64,000 nucleotides of DNA from Vicugna vicugna (GCA_013265495.1 PNXW01002946.1:1-64000), one strand, 5' to 3'. Positions 1 through 12,669 are shown, counted from the stretch's first letter. Notes: a model not told the origin generated them from the sequence alone. Made by a program: numbers and translations.

Positions 1-218
1 CCTGCTTTTTTGGCTTTTCCATTTGCATAGAATATCCTTTTCCATTCTTTCACTCTCAATCTATTTGTGTCCTTCTCCCTAAAGTGGGTTTCTTGTATGC
101 AGCATATTGAAGGTTCTTGCTTTATTATCCAGTCTGCCACTCTATGTCTTTTGACTGGAGCATTTAGTCCATTAACATTTACAGTAGTAATTAATGATAG
201 AAGTGTGTTTATTGCCAT
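1..218 (-). CDS. L1 ORF2 N-terminus (APE endonuclease), open to the window edge
   Basis: Manual translation from ATG at 218: MAINTLLSLITTVNVNGLNAPVKRHRVADWIIKQEPSICCIQETHFREKDTNRLRVKEWKRIFYANGKAKKA, containing the NVNGLN and CCxQETH motifs. The rest lies outside the window, so intactness is unknown. Confidence 0.85.
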   Translation of the reverse strand, partial: MAINTLLSLITTVNVNGLNAPVKRHRVADWIIKQEPSICCIQETHFREKDTNRLRVKEWKRIFYANGKAKKA

Positions 219-619
219 TTTGAAGTTATCTTTGCAGTTGAATTGGTATATTCTCTTTGTTCCTTTCTTCTTCCTTTTGTGGTTTAGTTATTTTCCTTTG
301 TATTATCATGGATTTTATTTAATTTTTGTGATTCTCTTGTAAATTTTTGACTTGTGGTAACCCTTTTTTGTAAACCTATTATCCCATTAATGTAACTGTT
401 TTTATTAAACTGGGAGTAACATGATCTCAAACCAATCCTACTGGTAAAAAAATTTAAAAAAGAAAGAAAAAAATTTTCTATATTTACCTGCCTCCCTCTC
501 CCACTCTCAGTGATTTGTATGTCTTCTTTTATAATTTTGTGTTTTCTTTATTTGTAGTTCATGAGTTATCACCTTTCCAGTTTTGAGTTTCTCATTTCTG
601 TAGCATCCTGCTGCTTTTC

Positions 620-1523
620 TATTTAGAATAGCCCTTTCAATAATTCTTTTAGCGTGGGTTTAGTGTTGCTAAACTCCTGCAGCTTTTTTTTGTCTGTGAA
701 ACTCTTAATTTCTCCTTCTATCCTAAAGGATAGCCTTGCTGTATAAAGTATCCTAGGCTGCATCTTTTTTTCATTCAGGGCTTTGAACATATCTTGCCAC
801 TCCCTTCTAGCCTGTAGTGTTTCTGTAGAGAAATCAGCTGAGAGCCTTATGGGGGTTCCCTTGTAACTTACTCTTTACTTTTCTCTTGCTGCCTTTAGAA
901 TCATTTCTTTATCCTTGACTCTGGCCATCTTGATTATGATATGTCTTGGTGTGGGTCTATTTGGATTCTTCCTGTTTGGGACCGTCTGAACTTCCTGTAC
1001 TTGGATATCTGATTCCTTCTTTAAGTTCGGGAAGTTTTCAGTTATGATTTCTTGAAAAACCTTTTCAATCCCCTTTTATCCTTCTTCCACTTCTGGGATC
1101 CCTATTATGTGAAGATTGGGACACTGTATATTATCCCATAGGTCCCTTATGTTATTTTCATTATTTTTTATTTGCTTATCTTGCAGTTCTTCTGAATGGG
1201 TGCTTTCTATTGTCCTGTCTTCTAGGTCACTAATTCTTTCCTTTGCATTATCTAGTCGGCTTTGCACAGCTATTAGATCATTCCTCCTCTCTGTCAATGT
1301 GTTCACCCGTTCTACTTGGCTATTCTTTATAGCTTTAATTTCATTTGACGTATTTTATATCTCTAAACACTATCTCTTTTAACTCCTTCAGCAATTTGAT
1401 CACTCCTTTTTTGAAATCTTGATCTGGTAGGCTATCAATGTCTATTTCATTGATCTTTCTTTCAGAGCATTCCTCTTGTTCTTTTAATTGGGAAATGTTT
1501 CTCTGCTTCTTCATCTTACTCAT
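620..1523 (-). pseudogene. L1 ORF1, disrupted
   Basis: ORFs 1341-1523 (MSKMKKQRN...) and 1076-1306 (...RISDLEDR...LRDLWDN-like...NLHIIGIPE) are in different frames and each ends early. The 3' limit is approximate. Confidence 0.9.
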
Positions 1524-2159
1524 ACCTCTCTGGCACTGTGGTTTATGGATTATCAGTTGTCTATTTTGGATCTTAAGGATTTTATCTATCTAATGCCTAC
1601 TTAGGAATAGAACTTAGAAAAAATAAGAGAGAGAGAGAAAGAATTTTAAAGGAGGGAAGAAAGAGGGTTTGAAAACAGTGTATAATGAATAATAGAAGAG
1701 CGAGTTGAAGCAGAGTATTAATCGAGTTGAGACTTCCTTTTAAAACCTTTAAAAAAAAAGTGGGGGAGATGAATAGATGTATTTGAAACCTGTGTCTAAT
1801 CAATAACAGGACATCAAACCCAAGAGAATTAGAAATGAATTAAGAAGTAAAATTTAAGAGAGTAATAGAAAATAGAACAGGTAAAAACAGATTTAAAATA
1901 AAAAAGGGGGGGTTGTCGGTGTTCTTCTGGAGTCTGTGTGTTTTAAATGTGAATTCTTTCTGTCTTCCTCCTGTTTTGGAATCTCAGCTTGTTGTTTTCA
2001 GAGGCCCTCTGTTGGCGCCCTCTTCTGTGCTGCTCCCAGTACCTGTTGGCAAGCCGATCGCGCCTCCTCCTAACACTGGGTCATGTGCAGCTCTCCTCTG
2101 CTGTGGGCGGGCGGGTCACTGCCCCTCCAGATGCCGCAGTCAGATGTTGCAGACCTGCC

Positions 2160-2864
2160 TGTCGGAGCCAGCCGACAATCGATCAGTCCAGAAACCTGTG
2201 CTGCAGGACTGAGAAAAGGAAAGATGTAACAAAGAGACAACAAGACAAGAAAAGTTGGGGTTGAGAGGGTCTCACTGTAGCCCGCAAGACGCTAGGTCAA
2301 TAGTGGACAACGAGTTTATTTCTTGCAGTCAATTTATATGATTTTAACCCATTAGCTCATACATTCCTGCCTGTAGGCAAAGGTATTGTTTTAAGGCGTG
2401 TACTAAAACCATTAACTTGTATATTGTTACAGACATCATTATTGTTTACAGTTCTTGTAAAACTAAGATTAAGAGTTCCTGGAACCAAGATGATAAGCTA
2501 AGACATTGTTCCTCTAGGCTAACATCGTGACTCGTGTATATTTAGCTCAGGTGATTGTTCTCTAAAAAGATTACTGATTTGTGTGCGGATTGTATCTCTC
2601 CCTCTGAAGGTCCTTTGTGACTTAGTAGCTCAAGGATATTTCCTCAGGCATAGACGCACCTGGTGCATTCTTTAGTAAAAGGTGTGGCGGGACAGAGATT
2701 GTTCTGAGTCAATTGACCTTTGAGCCGGGCGCCCCGCACTGTGGGAGTTTAGGCCCAACCTTTGTGCTCAGCAGCCTCAATCTCAGAGCCTGGCGCCCTG
2801 CACTTTGGGGTTTTACGCCCAAGTTTTGTGCTCGGCAGCCCTCCGTCACGAGCGGCTCCCCGCA
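2160..2864 (-). mobile_element. Solo LTR, ERVK/betaretrovirus-like, inserted in the L1 5'UTR
   Basis: Minus-strand ends TGCGGGGAGCC...GGCTCCGACA. Perfect 6-bp TSD CCTGCC (2154-2159, 2865-2870). TATAAA (2333-2338) and AATAAA (2315-2320) on the minus strand. Confidence 0.9.
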
Positions 2865-3516
2865 CCTGCCAGGTAAGAGGGCGGGTCGTGCCCCCTCCCA
2901 GGACCACGGTCAGGGGCTGTGTTCCTGCCCGAAAGGGGGGGGGGCGCTCTCCCTCTACCTGAGCCGCCGGTAGCTCCGCTGCTCTGTGTGGGTGCGCTCT
3001 CTGCCCTGGTCGGCTCTCCGCCCTGGTTGGCGCTCCGCAGGTGGGCTCAGGGAAGATGGAGGGACAGCCTTGTCCCTACTCCGAGCCAAAACCCAGCTCC
3101 TTGTTTGTCTTTGTGGAGCAAGCTCTCTGAGGGACCAGGATGGAAGGATCCTATCTGCCCCGGGCTGTAGGCCTGTCTCAGTCTGGCCTTTGAGGCTGTT
3201 AAGCCCTTTGGTGCAGATGCAGGTTTTGCCCCTGCCCCCGCCCCTGCCTGGTGCTAAGCGCTGGAGGATATGGCGGCTGTGCCTGAGCCCCTCCTCTCTT
3301 CCCCCGAAAAGTTTCCGTGGGTTTCCAGATATGGGGGTATGCACCCTTCCCCCACAGAGCACATCAACCTTGCTGTTTTATGGAGGACCCAGGTTGTTCT
3401 GCCCTGTGCACCCACAGCCACAGCGAGCAGCCCCTTGCGTTCCCCCGGGGCTGCCTCCGTGCAGCCGCCCCCGTCCTCCACCTGGCCCTGCCCGCTGCTG
3501 CTGGCCCACGTCTCAG

Positions 3517-3707
3517 GCTGGGTGTCAGGGGCAAACTCTGTGCCCATTTAACTTAGTTCTGTCAGTCAAGGGCTTCTCTGTACAGATCCGAGCCTCGGAG
3601 GCCCCCCCTATCATGCTGGGTGTCAGGGGCAAACTCTGTGCCCATTTAACTTAGTTCTGTCAGTCAAGGGCTTCTCTGTACAGATCCGAGCCTCGGAGGC
3701 CCCCCCT
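3517..3707. repeat. Perfect 93-bp tandem duplication with 5-bp spacer
   Basis: 3517-3609 is identical to 3615-3707, separated by ATCAT. Confidence 0.95.
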
Positions 3708-4002
3708 CTGTCCCGCTGGCCTCTCAGTTGGAGAGGGGATACCCAGCGAGTAAGCGCCAGTCCTCCTTTGTGGCTCCATCCCCGCGGTATCTGTCCTGCC
3801 CTGCTTTGCCTTTTGTTCTTTCTTTTTTCCTTTTCTGCTACCAGATTTTTGGTGTCTTTATCTTTTGAAGAGGGCGATGTTCTGTCAGAGTTCCGCAGGT
3901 GCTCTGGTTGACTGAGTGGGTCTGTAGATGTGGTTCTTGGTGTATTTGTGGGAGAGGGTGACTTACGAGCGTCCTTTTACTCTGCCATCTTCTCCGTCTC
4001 TC

Positions 4003-7000
4003 GTGATTGATATTTTTAATCCTTAAGAAATCACTACCACAATAAATACAATTACACTACAATGAACATAAGGATATACATATATCTCTTTTCAAATTAC
4101 TATTTTAATTTTCTCCAGATAAATATCCAGAAGCAAAATTGCTGGATAGTAAGGTAGTTCTATTTTTAGTATTTTGAGAAAACTCCATACTGTTTTCCAT
4201 AGTGGCTACACCAACAGTGTAGAAGGGTTCTCTTTTCTCCACAATCTTACCACGCTTGTTTCTTGTCTTTTGATAACAACCGTTATAACAGATGTGAGAT
4301 GTTACTTACATCACTGTGATTTTGATTTGCATTTCCCTGATGCTTAGTGATGTTGAACACTTTTTCATGTGTCTGTTGGCCTTCTGTATATTTTGTTTGG
4401 AAAAATGTTTATTCAGGTCCTCTGCCCAGCTTTTAATCAGGTTGTTTGTTTCTTTGATGTTAAGTTGCATGAGTTCTGTATATACTTTGGATATTAACTC
4501 CTTATCAATTATATCATTTGCTAATGTCTTCTCCCATTCAGTAGGGTTCTTCTTTATTTTGTTAATGATACATTTCACTGTGATAAAACTTTGTAGTTTG
4601 ATGTATTCCCATTTGTTTATTTTTGCTTTTATTTTCTTTTTCTGAGGAGAAATACCTCCCCCCCTAAAAAAATGTTGCTGGGACCAATGTCAAGGAAGTT
4701 ACCACTTACATTTTCTTCTAGGAGACCTATGTTTTCAAAACTAACATTAAGTCTTTAATCTAAGTTTATTTTTGTATATGGTGTAAAGAGTGATACTATT
4801 TGATTCTTTTGCTTTTCAGTCTTCCCAACATCATTTATTAAAAAGACCACCTTTCCCCCATTGTATATTCTTGCCTAATTTGTCATAGATTAATTGACCA
4901 CATAATTATTTATTTCTGGGCTCTCAATTCTATTTCATTAATCTCTGTGTCTGTTTTTGTGCCAGTACCATGATGTTTTGATTACTGTAGTTTTGTAGTA
5001 TAGTTTGAAGTCAGGGAGCATTATACTTCCAGCTTTATTCTTTCTTCTCAAGATTGTTCTGGCTATGCAAGGTTTTATTTTGTGCTTCATACAAATTTTA
5101 AGATTACTTGTCTGAAGTCTTTGAAAAATGACATGGTTATTTTGATAGAGTTTGAATTGAATCTGTAGATTGTCATAGGAAATATGGTCAATTTAACAAT
5201 ATTTATTCTTCACTCCATCAGCAAGGTATAACTTTCCATTTACTTGTGCTATATTCAATTTCTTTCCTCAGTATCTTACAATTTTCAGAGTAAAGATCAT
5301 TTACCTCCTTGGTTAAATTTATTTCTAGATATTTTAAACTTTTCCATGCATTTGTGAATAAGATTATTTCCTTTATTTCTCTTTCTCATAGTTTGTTATT
5401 AGTGTATAGAAATATAACATATTACTACATATTAATTTTGTATCTTGAAATTTTAATGAATTCATATAATAGTTCTAATCTTTTTTGGTGGAGACTTTAG
5501 GGTTTCCTACATATACCATCAAGTCATGTGCACAGTGACAGTTTTATTTCTTCCTTTCCCATTTGAATTCTTTTAATTTATTTTTCTTGTCTGGTTTCTG
5601 TGGCTGGGACTTCCAATACTATGTTGAATAAAAGTGTTGAGAGTGGGCATATTTGTCTTGTTCCTGATCTTAAAGGAAATGCTTTCAGCTTTTCACTGCT
5701 GAACATGATGTTGGCTGTGGGTTTGTCATATATGATTTTTATTATATTGTGGTATGTTTTTTGTTAACTTTCTCGGGAGCTTTTATCATAAATGAAGTTG
5801 ATATTTGTCAAATGCTTTTACTACATTTATAGAGATCTTATGATTTTTCTCTTTTAGTTTGTTCATGTGATCTATCACATTGATTGATTTACAGATGCTA
5901 AAACCACCTTTGCATCCTTAGAATGTATTCCACTTGATCATAATGTATGGTCCTTTTAGTGTTTGTTGAACTTGATTTGCTAGTATTATGTTGAGGATTT
6001 TTGCATCAATGTTCATTAGTGATATTGGACTGAAATTTCCTTATTGTGTGGTGTCTTTTTCTGGCCTAGGTATGGGGAGATTCTGGCCTTGTAAAATGAG
6101 TTTGACAATGTTCCAATCTTTTCAATTATTTGAAACAATTTGGGAAGGATAGGTGTTAGCTCTTCTCTAAATATTTGGTAGAATTCACCTGTGAAATCAT
6201 CAGGATGTGGATGACTTAGTTTTGGGTTTTTAAATGACTATTTCAGTTTTATTACTCCTCATCATTCAAATTTTCTATTTCTTCATGATTTAATTTCAAG
6301 AGATTTTATGTTTTTAGGAATTTGTCAATTCCCTGTACGTTGTCTATTTTTTGGCATATAATTTTTCATAGTATTGTTTTATGATCCTTTGTATTTCTGT
6401 ATTGTTACTTGCAATTTCTCTTTTATTTATGATTTCATTTATTTAGGCTTTCTATTCTTCTTGGTAAGTCTAGCTATAGATTCATCAATTATGTTTATCT
6501 TTTCAAAGAATGAATTCAGTTTCATTGATATTTTCCATTGTCTTTTTAATCTCTACATCATTTATTTCCTCTCTGATCTTTATTATTTCTTTCCTTCTAT
6601 GACTTTTGGGCTTTGCTTATTATTCTTTTCCTAGTTCTATTAAGTGCATGTTTAGATTATTTACTTGAGATTTTTCTTTTTTCTTAAACTTGGCCTATAT
6701 TACTATCAACTTCCTCTTAGAAGTACATTTACTGAGTCCTATAGATTTTGGGTTGTTGCATTTCCATTTTCATTTGTCTCCATTTTTTTTTAATTTCCTT
6801 TTTTATTTCTATTTTGACTCATTGGTTGTTTAGTAGCATGTTTTTCAGTATCCATGTGTTTGTGTTTTTACCAGTTTTCTTCCTTTAGTGAATATATATT
6901 TTCATGCCCTTATGGTCAGAAATGATGCTTGAAATGATTTCAGTCTTCCTAAATGTATTGAGACTTGTTTTGTGACCCAGCATGTAATTTCTCCTGGCGA

Positions 7001-9772
7001 CTGTTTCATGTGCACTTGAAAAGAATGTATAATCTGCTTTGGGATGGAATGTTCAGTATATATAAAACCATCTGAGCTAATGTGTCATTTAAGGTGAGTG
7101 ATTTCTTATTGATTTTCTGTCTGGGTGATCTATCCACTGTTGTTAAGTGGAATTTTAAATTTTCCTTCTATTATTGCACTGCTGCCTATTTCTCTCTGTA
7201 TTTCTGTTTATATTTGCTTTAGATATTTCAGTACTCCTATGTTTGGTGCATAAATGTTTATAGATTTTATATCCTCTTGTTGTATTGACCTCTTTATAAT
7301 TATGCCACATCCTTTATCTTTCATTTATCTTTCATATCTTCACTTTAAATGCTATTTTTTGTGTTATGTGTATTGCTACCTGGCTTTCCTTTCTTTCCAT
7401 TTTCATGGAATATCTTTTTCTATCCTTTTACTTTCACTCTATGTGTCTCTTTAGATCTAAAGTGAGCCTCTTGTAAGTGGTATAGTATATGGGTCTTGTT
7501 GAATTTATCCATTCATCAACCCCTTGTCTTTTGATTGACTGGAGTCTTTGGATTTGGTCTTTTCACATTTAAAGTAGTTATTGATAGGTATCTATTTTTT
7601 TGCCATTTTGTTAACTGGTTTCTGAGTGTTTTTGTAGTTATTCTCTGTTTTTGTCTTCTCTTGGTTTCCTGGTGGTTTGATGGATTCTTTAATTTTTACT
7701 GTTTTGTGTATCCGTTTTAGGTTTTGAGGTTTTTGGTTATCATAATGTTCATATTATTGATCTCTCTATATATAGCCATTTCTTTTAAGCTGTTCATTGC
7801 ATAAGTTCAAAGACATTTTAGGAACACTATTTTTTTATTCCATCCCCACAATTCATGTTTTTGATGGCATTTTTTATTTAAACATTTTTTATTAATTTAT
7901 AATTATTTTACAATGTTGTGTCAAATTCCAGTGTTCAGCACAATTTTTTCAGTCATACATGGACATATACACACTCATTGTCACATTTTTTTCTCTGTGA
8001 GCTACCATAAGATTTTGTGTATATTTCCCTGTGCTATACAGTATAATCTTGTTTATCTATTCTACAATTTTGAAATCCCATCTTTTATAACTTTTATTTT
8101 GTTTCTCCCTTAACTGCTTATTGTAGTTATAGTTAATTTTACTACTTTTTTTCTGGGGGGTGTTGTGGCCTTCTTTTTCACTTTGAGGAAACTTTAGCAT
8201 TTCTTGTAAGGCTGATTTAATGATGATAAACCCCTTTAGTTTTTGCTTATCTGAGAGACTTTTTATTTCACCTTACAATCTAAATGATTATCTTGTCAGA
8301 TATATTGTTTTTTCTTTCAGCACTTTAAATATATCCTGCCACTCCTTTTTGATCTACCAAGTTTCTGCTAACAAATCACCTGATGATCTGATGGAGTTTC
8401 CCTTGTATTTGATTAGCTGTTTTTCTCTTGCTGCCTTTAACTTTCTCTTTTCATTTTAAACTATGAATCTTTTGCCATTTTAATTATAATTTTCCTGGTG
8501 TGAATTTCTTTGAGTTTATCTTGTTTGGGTTTCTCCATGCTTCCTGAACCTAGATATCTGTTCCTTCCCCAGGTTAGGGAATTTTCAAGCATTTTTTTTC
8601 TTCAAATAAGTTTTCTATTCCTTTATTAGTCTCTTCTTGGGATCTCTTTAATGTGTACATTGGTATGCTTTATCTTGTGCCAAAGTTTCTTAAACTCTCC
8701 TCACATTTTTTTTTTCTTTAAAGAGATATTTGAGAGATTTCTACTACTCTATCTTCTGGTTCACTAATCTGTTCTTCTGTATCATCCAATTTACTGTCAA
8801 ATCCGTCTAGCACTTTTTTATTTTATTTTAGTTATATTCTAGCTATGATTAGTTCTTTATTATATTTTCTGTTTGTTAAGGTTCTCCCTAAGTTCCTCCA
8901 TTCTTCTCCACAGTTCTGTAAGCATCCTTGCGATCATTTCTTTGAACACTTTCTTCTGTGATTCAGAATTATTTATTTCTGTTTAATTAGGGTTTTCCCC
9001 CTGGGATTTTTTTTTTTTACTTTAGTTGAAACATATTTCTTTATCTCCTCATTTTGTTTTACTTTCATTTTTGATTTCTATGAGTTAAGCAAAGCAACTA
9101 CCCTCTTAGTTTTGCAGGCATGGCCTTGTATGGGAGTAACCCCTGTGTGGAGTGTGCCTGATGTCTTTGGCAGACTTGCTGAAGCTAAAAGATATGGGGA
9201 CTTTCTAGAGAATGCTGCACTGAGGTCACTTGTTGGGACAGTTAGACCTGGTGTGGGACCAGGCTGGATCAATCCCTGGGGTAGTGCTTGCCCAAGGTCA
9301 CCTTGGCTGGGAGGCTGGAGCTGAATTGGGTCTGGGCCTACAGCAGTCCCAGAACATATTGCATTCAAGGCTGGCTTGGGGGCATGGACAGGGAAGAGTC
9401 TTTGGGGGAACTCAAGCAATAACTTTTTCAAGTACCTCTGATCCTGGGGAGGGCTCCAGCAGTTCCCTGCATGTTTGGCAGAAGCTGCAGGGTTAGTGAA
9501 TGAATTTCCTTCCCACACAGTCTAGGTGTCTTTTAAACTGCTGTTATATCACTGTGTCTCACAGCAGTTAAGTCTGTGCTTTGGCCCTCATCAATATTCC
9601 TCCCTACACAAATCATTGCATATTGCATCAAGGGTGGGATTCTTTTTGATACTGTGTCTCCATCTTTTCTATTTATTTCTATGCTGCCTTTCTATGTGCA
9701 ATAGCTGTTCCATTGGACCTCAGATCTTTTTCAGGAGGAATTATTCCATACATAGATATATATCCAGTGTGC
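4003..9772 (-). mobile_element. Older, near full-length degenerate LINE-1
   Basis: ORF2 C-terminal peptide at 4306-4578 (NPTEWEK...[11 protein letters not shown]...HMKKCSTSL). Decayed RT/EN to about 7600, ORF1 remnants about 8150-9060, 5'UTR to about 9770. Confidence 0.9.
7870..8080 (-). mobile_element. 5'-truncated young L1 3' end nested in the older L1
   Basis: T-rich tail, then TTTACAATGTTGTGTCAAATTCCAGTG, shared with copies at 10930, 24884, 29942 and 44910. Confidence 0.85.
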
Positions 9773-9869
9773 TTAACTTTGAACTTCCAGAATGTGAGCT
9801 TTTTATGCACTTCTGTGACTGCATTTTATTATTATTTCTTGTAACAAACAGGGGTCAAATCTAACTGCC

Positions 9870-9896
9870 TATATATACACACATACACACACACAC

Positions 9897-9930
<34 letters not shown>

Positions 9931-9937
9931 ATATATA
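9870..9937. repeat. Compound microsatellite (TA)/(AC)10/(AT)7/(GT)10/(AT) forming a 68-bp palindrome
   Basis: Read directly; one mismatch (9884/9923). Confidence 0.95.
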
Positions 9938-10926
9938 TTTTGGGCCTCTACTCATTCCCAGCAACTAAGCAGAGACTGAGGATTGAGTGGTACCTAAATC
10001 TCTGTGTTCCCATCTGCTTGGCTTAGCTCATACATGTAGAGATAGTTAACAAATATTTCTGATTGAATACATTAATAAGTGTAGGGATAATGGTCTCTCC
10101 TCACAGGAAAACTCTCAGACTGTAAGAGATTGGAATGAGAAGAATTTATCGTTACTTTTGTTACAAAGTTCAAACTAACATCAAGTGAACATATGTTATA
10201 TAAATAGAGCATATGCTGTAACAGTAAAGGGATCAATGCAATTCTGTACTATTACTAAATAAATGACAGTTTTATTCACAAACACAGACACATACAAACA
10301 TACATGTACACATAAAGTACAAGTAAAATATGCTTTACACAGTTGACCAAAAATAAAAATAAAAAGTCCAAATGCTTCTAAGGTGGAAATATTTAATACT
10401 CACCCAATAGCCCCTGGAAAAGAAGAATATTAGGTTGGCCTGACTGGAAAGTAGAGGATGGACTGGATAGAAGCCAGTAACTTGCACTTTCAAAGTGAGC
10501 ATTACTGTACAGTTTTACTGTGTTCAGAAAAAAATAGATGGTCAATATAAGCATTTTGTACAATAAATATTATTTTTAAAATATTTCTAATATGAGTAAG
10601 AGACAGATGTCTACATGACTATTTGAGGAATAAGCATAATAGCAAAATGCTTTATTACTTATTTTAAATTTAGGTTGTAAAAGTTTTAAAATTAAAAGAA
10701 AAACATACTTTAACATGTATGTGTTTGCATTTTCATTAAGCCTTTCATGGTTAGCAATCCTAGAAAGATATGTCACTTACTCAGATTTCTTTCTGAATAA
10801 TTGAAGATAAATAAAATATCACCATAAATAATTTGAAGATATCTATGTAGTTTATGATGGCTTTCTAAAAATACTGGCATATTAGAAGAATTTTTTTACT
10901 GTTATAAATAAAAGGGATTTAAGTAA

Positions 10927-11122
10927 TTTTGTAGAATAGATAAACAAGATTACACTGTATAGCACAGGGAAATATACACAAAATGTTATGATAACTCACA
11001 GAGAAAAAAATGTGACGAGTGTGTATATGTCCATGAATGATTGAAAAATTGTGCTGAACACTGGAATTTGACACAACATTGTAAAATGATTATAAATCAA
11101 TAAAAAATGTTAAAAAAATAAA
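10927..11122 (+). mobile_element. 5'-truncated young L1 3' end
   Basis: ...CACTGGAATTTGACACAACATTGTAAAATGATTATAAATCAATAAAAAA followed by an A-rich tail. Confidence 0.85.
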
Positions 11123-12669
11123 GAATGTAAGAACTGTTAAAAAAATTAGACATGAGCAAGAAAAAATAATTTCAAAGGCTAGAGAATATTAAAATTAGTT
11201 ATTGTAAATAACTATATTTATATAGAGAGATACAATATTAAGAACTATAATTTAAATATACAAAAAAATATACAAAAAGACTCACAGAAACCAGTTTACA
11301 TCATTTTTCCTAGGAAAGCTTTATGGAATTTTCCTTGAACAGTCTAGAATTACATAAACCTTAGCACATTCTCAGTATTTAAATTAGATAACATATTTAT
11401 TGTATACTAAACACATGATATAGTAATAAACTTAAATGAACATAAGTAAGTTAATTTAGTTTCCATATAATTATCTCAACAAGGAAAGCATTAAATGTGT
11501 TTTATCACCCTAATTAATACATTAAACTTGCAAAGAAATTGAATATTTAACTGGTGTTTAACAAAATGACTACAGGAATGGATTGGATATCAATTAATTG
11601 CCAAAATTATCATGTTAATTAGTATTTATTTTACTATAATGGTGATTATCTAGGAGATTGCTAATTGAAATACTTTAAACTTTTCTTTCCAAGAACAGGA
11701 TTAAATAGATAGCCTTACTTTTTGGAATATTTATATGGTAACAAAATTGATATACTTTATATAATGAAACTCAATCATTTATGAGTAAATTAATATTTAA
11801 CTCCTTTAACTTATTAAATAAACCTCCTTAAATATATGCCATATGGTAATAGATTAGATCTCTATTTTTTCTAAGATAGGATAATTTTATTAGCTCAGCT
11901 TTTCTAATATTTAACAACATTTAAAAAAGTGTAGTTAAGTTGGAACAAGTAAAGAGCAATATTTTCTCTACTTTGATACAATTTGGATAACTTGTATGGT
12001 GCTGATGAGTTGTTTAAATTAATCTTAATATCAATATCATCACACACATATTTGTCATCAATAATTACTACTCATCACTGTAGAGATATAGGTAGACGAT
12101 AGATATGTTACTAGATAATAGATAAAGAGATAATGGATATAAATAGTGGGTACATATAGTGGGTATATATGTGTACATATATATATAATAGAAGAATGTA
12201 TGAGAGAGGGTGAAATTTTTCACAAAACATAACATTATCACTCAACCAGTTTTGCTTACCTGTTTATGAGGAAATTTCCAACTCCTGAGTCTTTCTGACT
12301 CCCAGCTTGCCTCTTTATATAATTCTATTTTTCAATAAAGCTTTCTTCTCCTTCAGCATTTTTCTAGATTCCATAGGCCTGTTTATCTATGAAGACTTCT
12401 TTACTTTGACAAGAATGTCTTAAGTTTCATGCAGAACAAGAAACTAAGCAATGCAATCACATATTCTAGATCCATCATCAACAAAAATACTAAAAAACAG
12501 ATCTACAATTGTGGATCATTCAAATGATCCAATCTTTCTCAGTACCAGGATGAGTTGAATCTCTAGCAGACTTATATTACTGCCCTTTTATTAATATAAC
12601 ATATATAACTTCATATGTAAGGCATAATATTTTTCTAGCCTTATATTACTATAAACTTCTTTAAATTTT

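Larger units (their letters stand above)
1..4002 (-). mobile_element. Young LINE-1, 5' part (CpG-rich 5'UTR, ORF1, start of ORF2); continues beyond the left edge of the window
   Basis: Minus strand starts GAGAGACGGAGAAGATGGCAGAG at 4002 (L1-type AAGATGGC 5' end). GC/CpG-rich 5'UTR, L1 ORF1 peptides at 1523-1076 and the ORF2 endonuclease start at 218. The flank reads TT|AAAAATATCAATCAC, an L1 endonuclease site. Confidence 0.95.

Noticed and set aside
2986..3654. 222-aa plus-strand ORF and overlapping ORFs in the GC-rich region (possible L1 ORF0 analogue)
   Set aside because: Antisense to a GC-rich L1 5'UTR, starts at a non-ATG codon, has no recognisable domain and is lengthened by the 93-bp duplication; expected from stop-codon scarcity.
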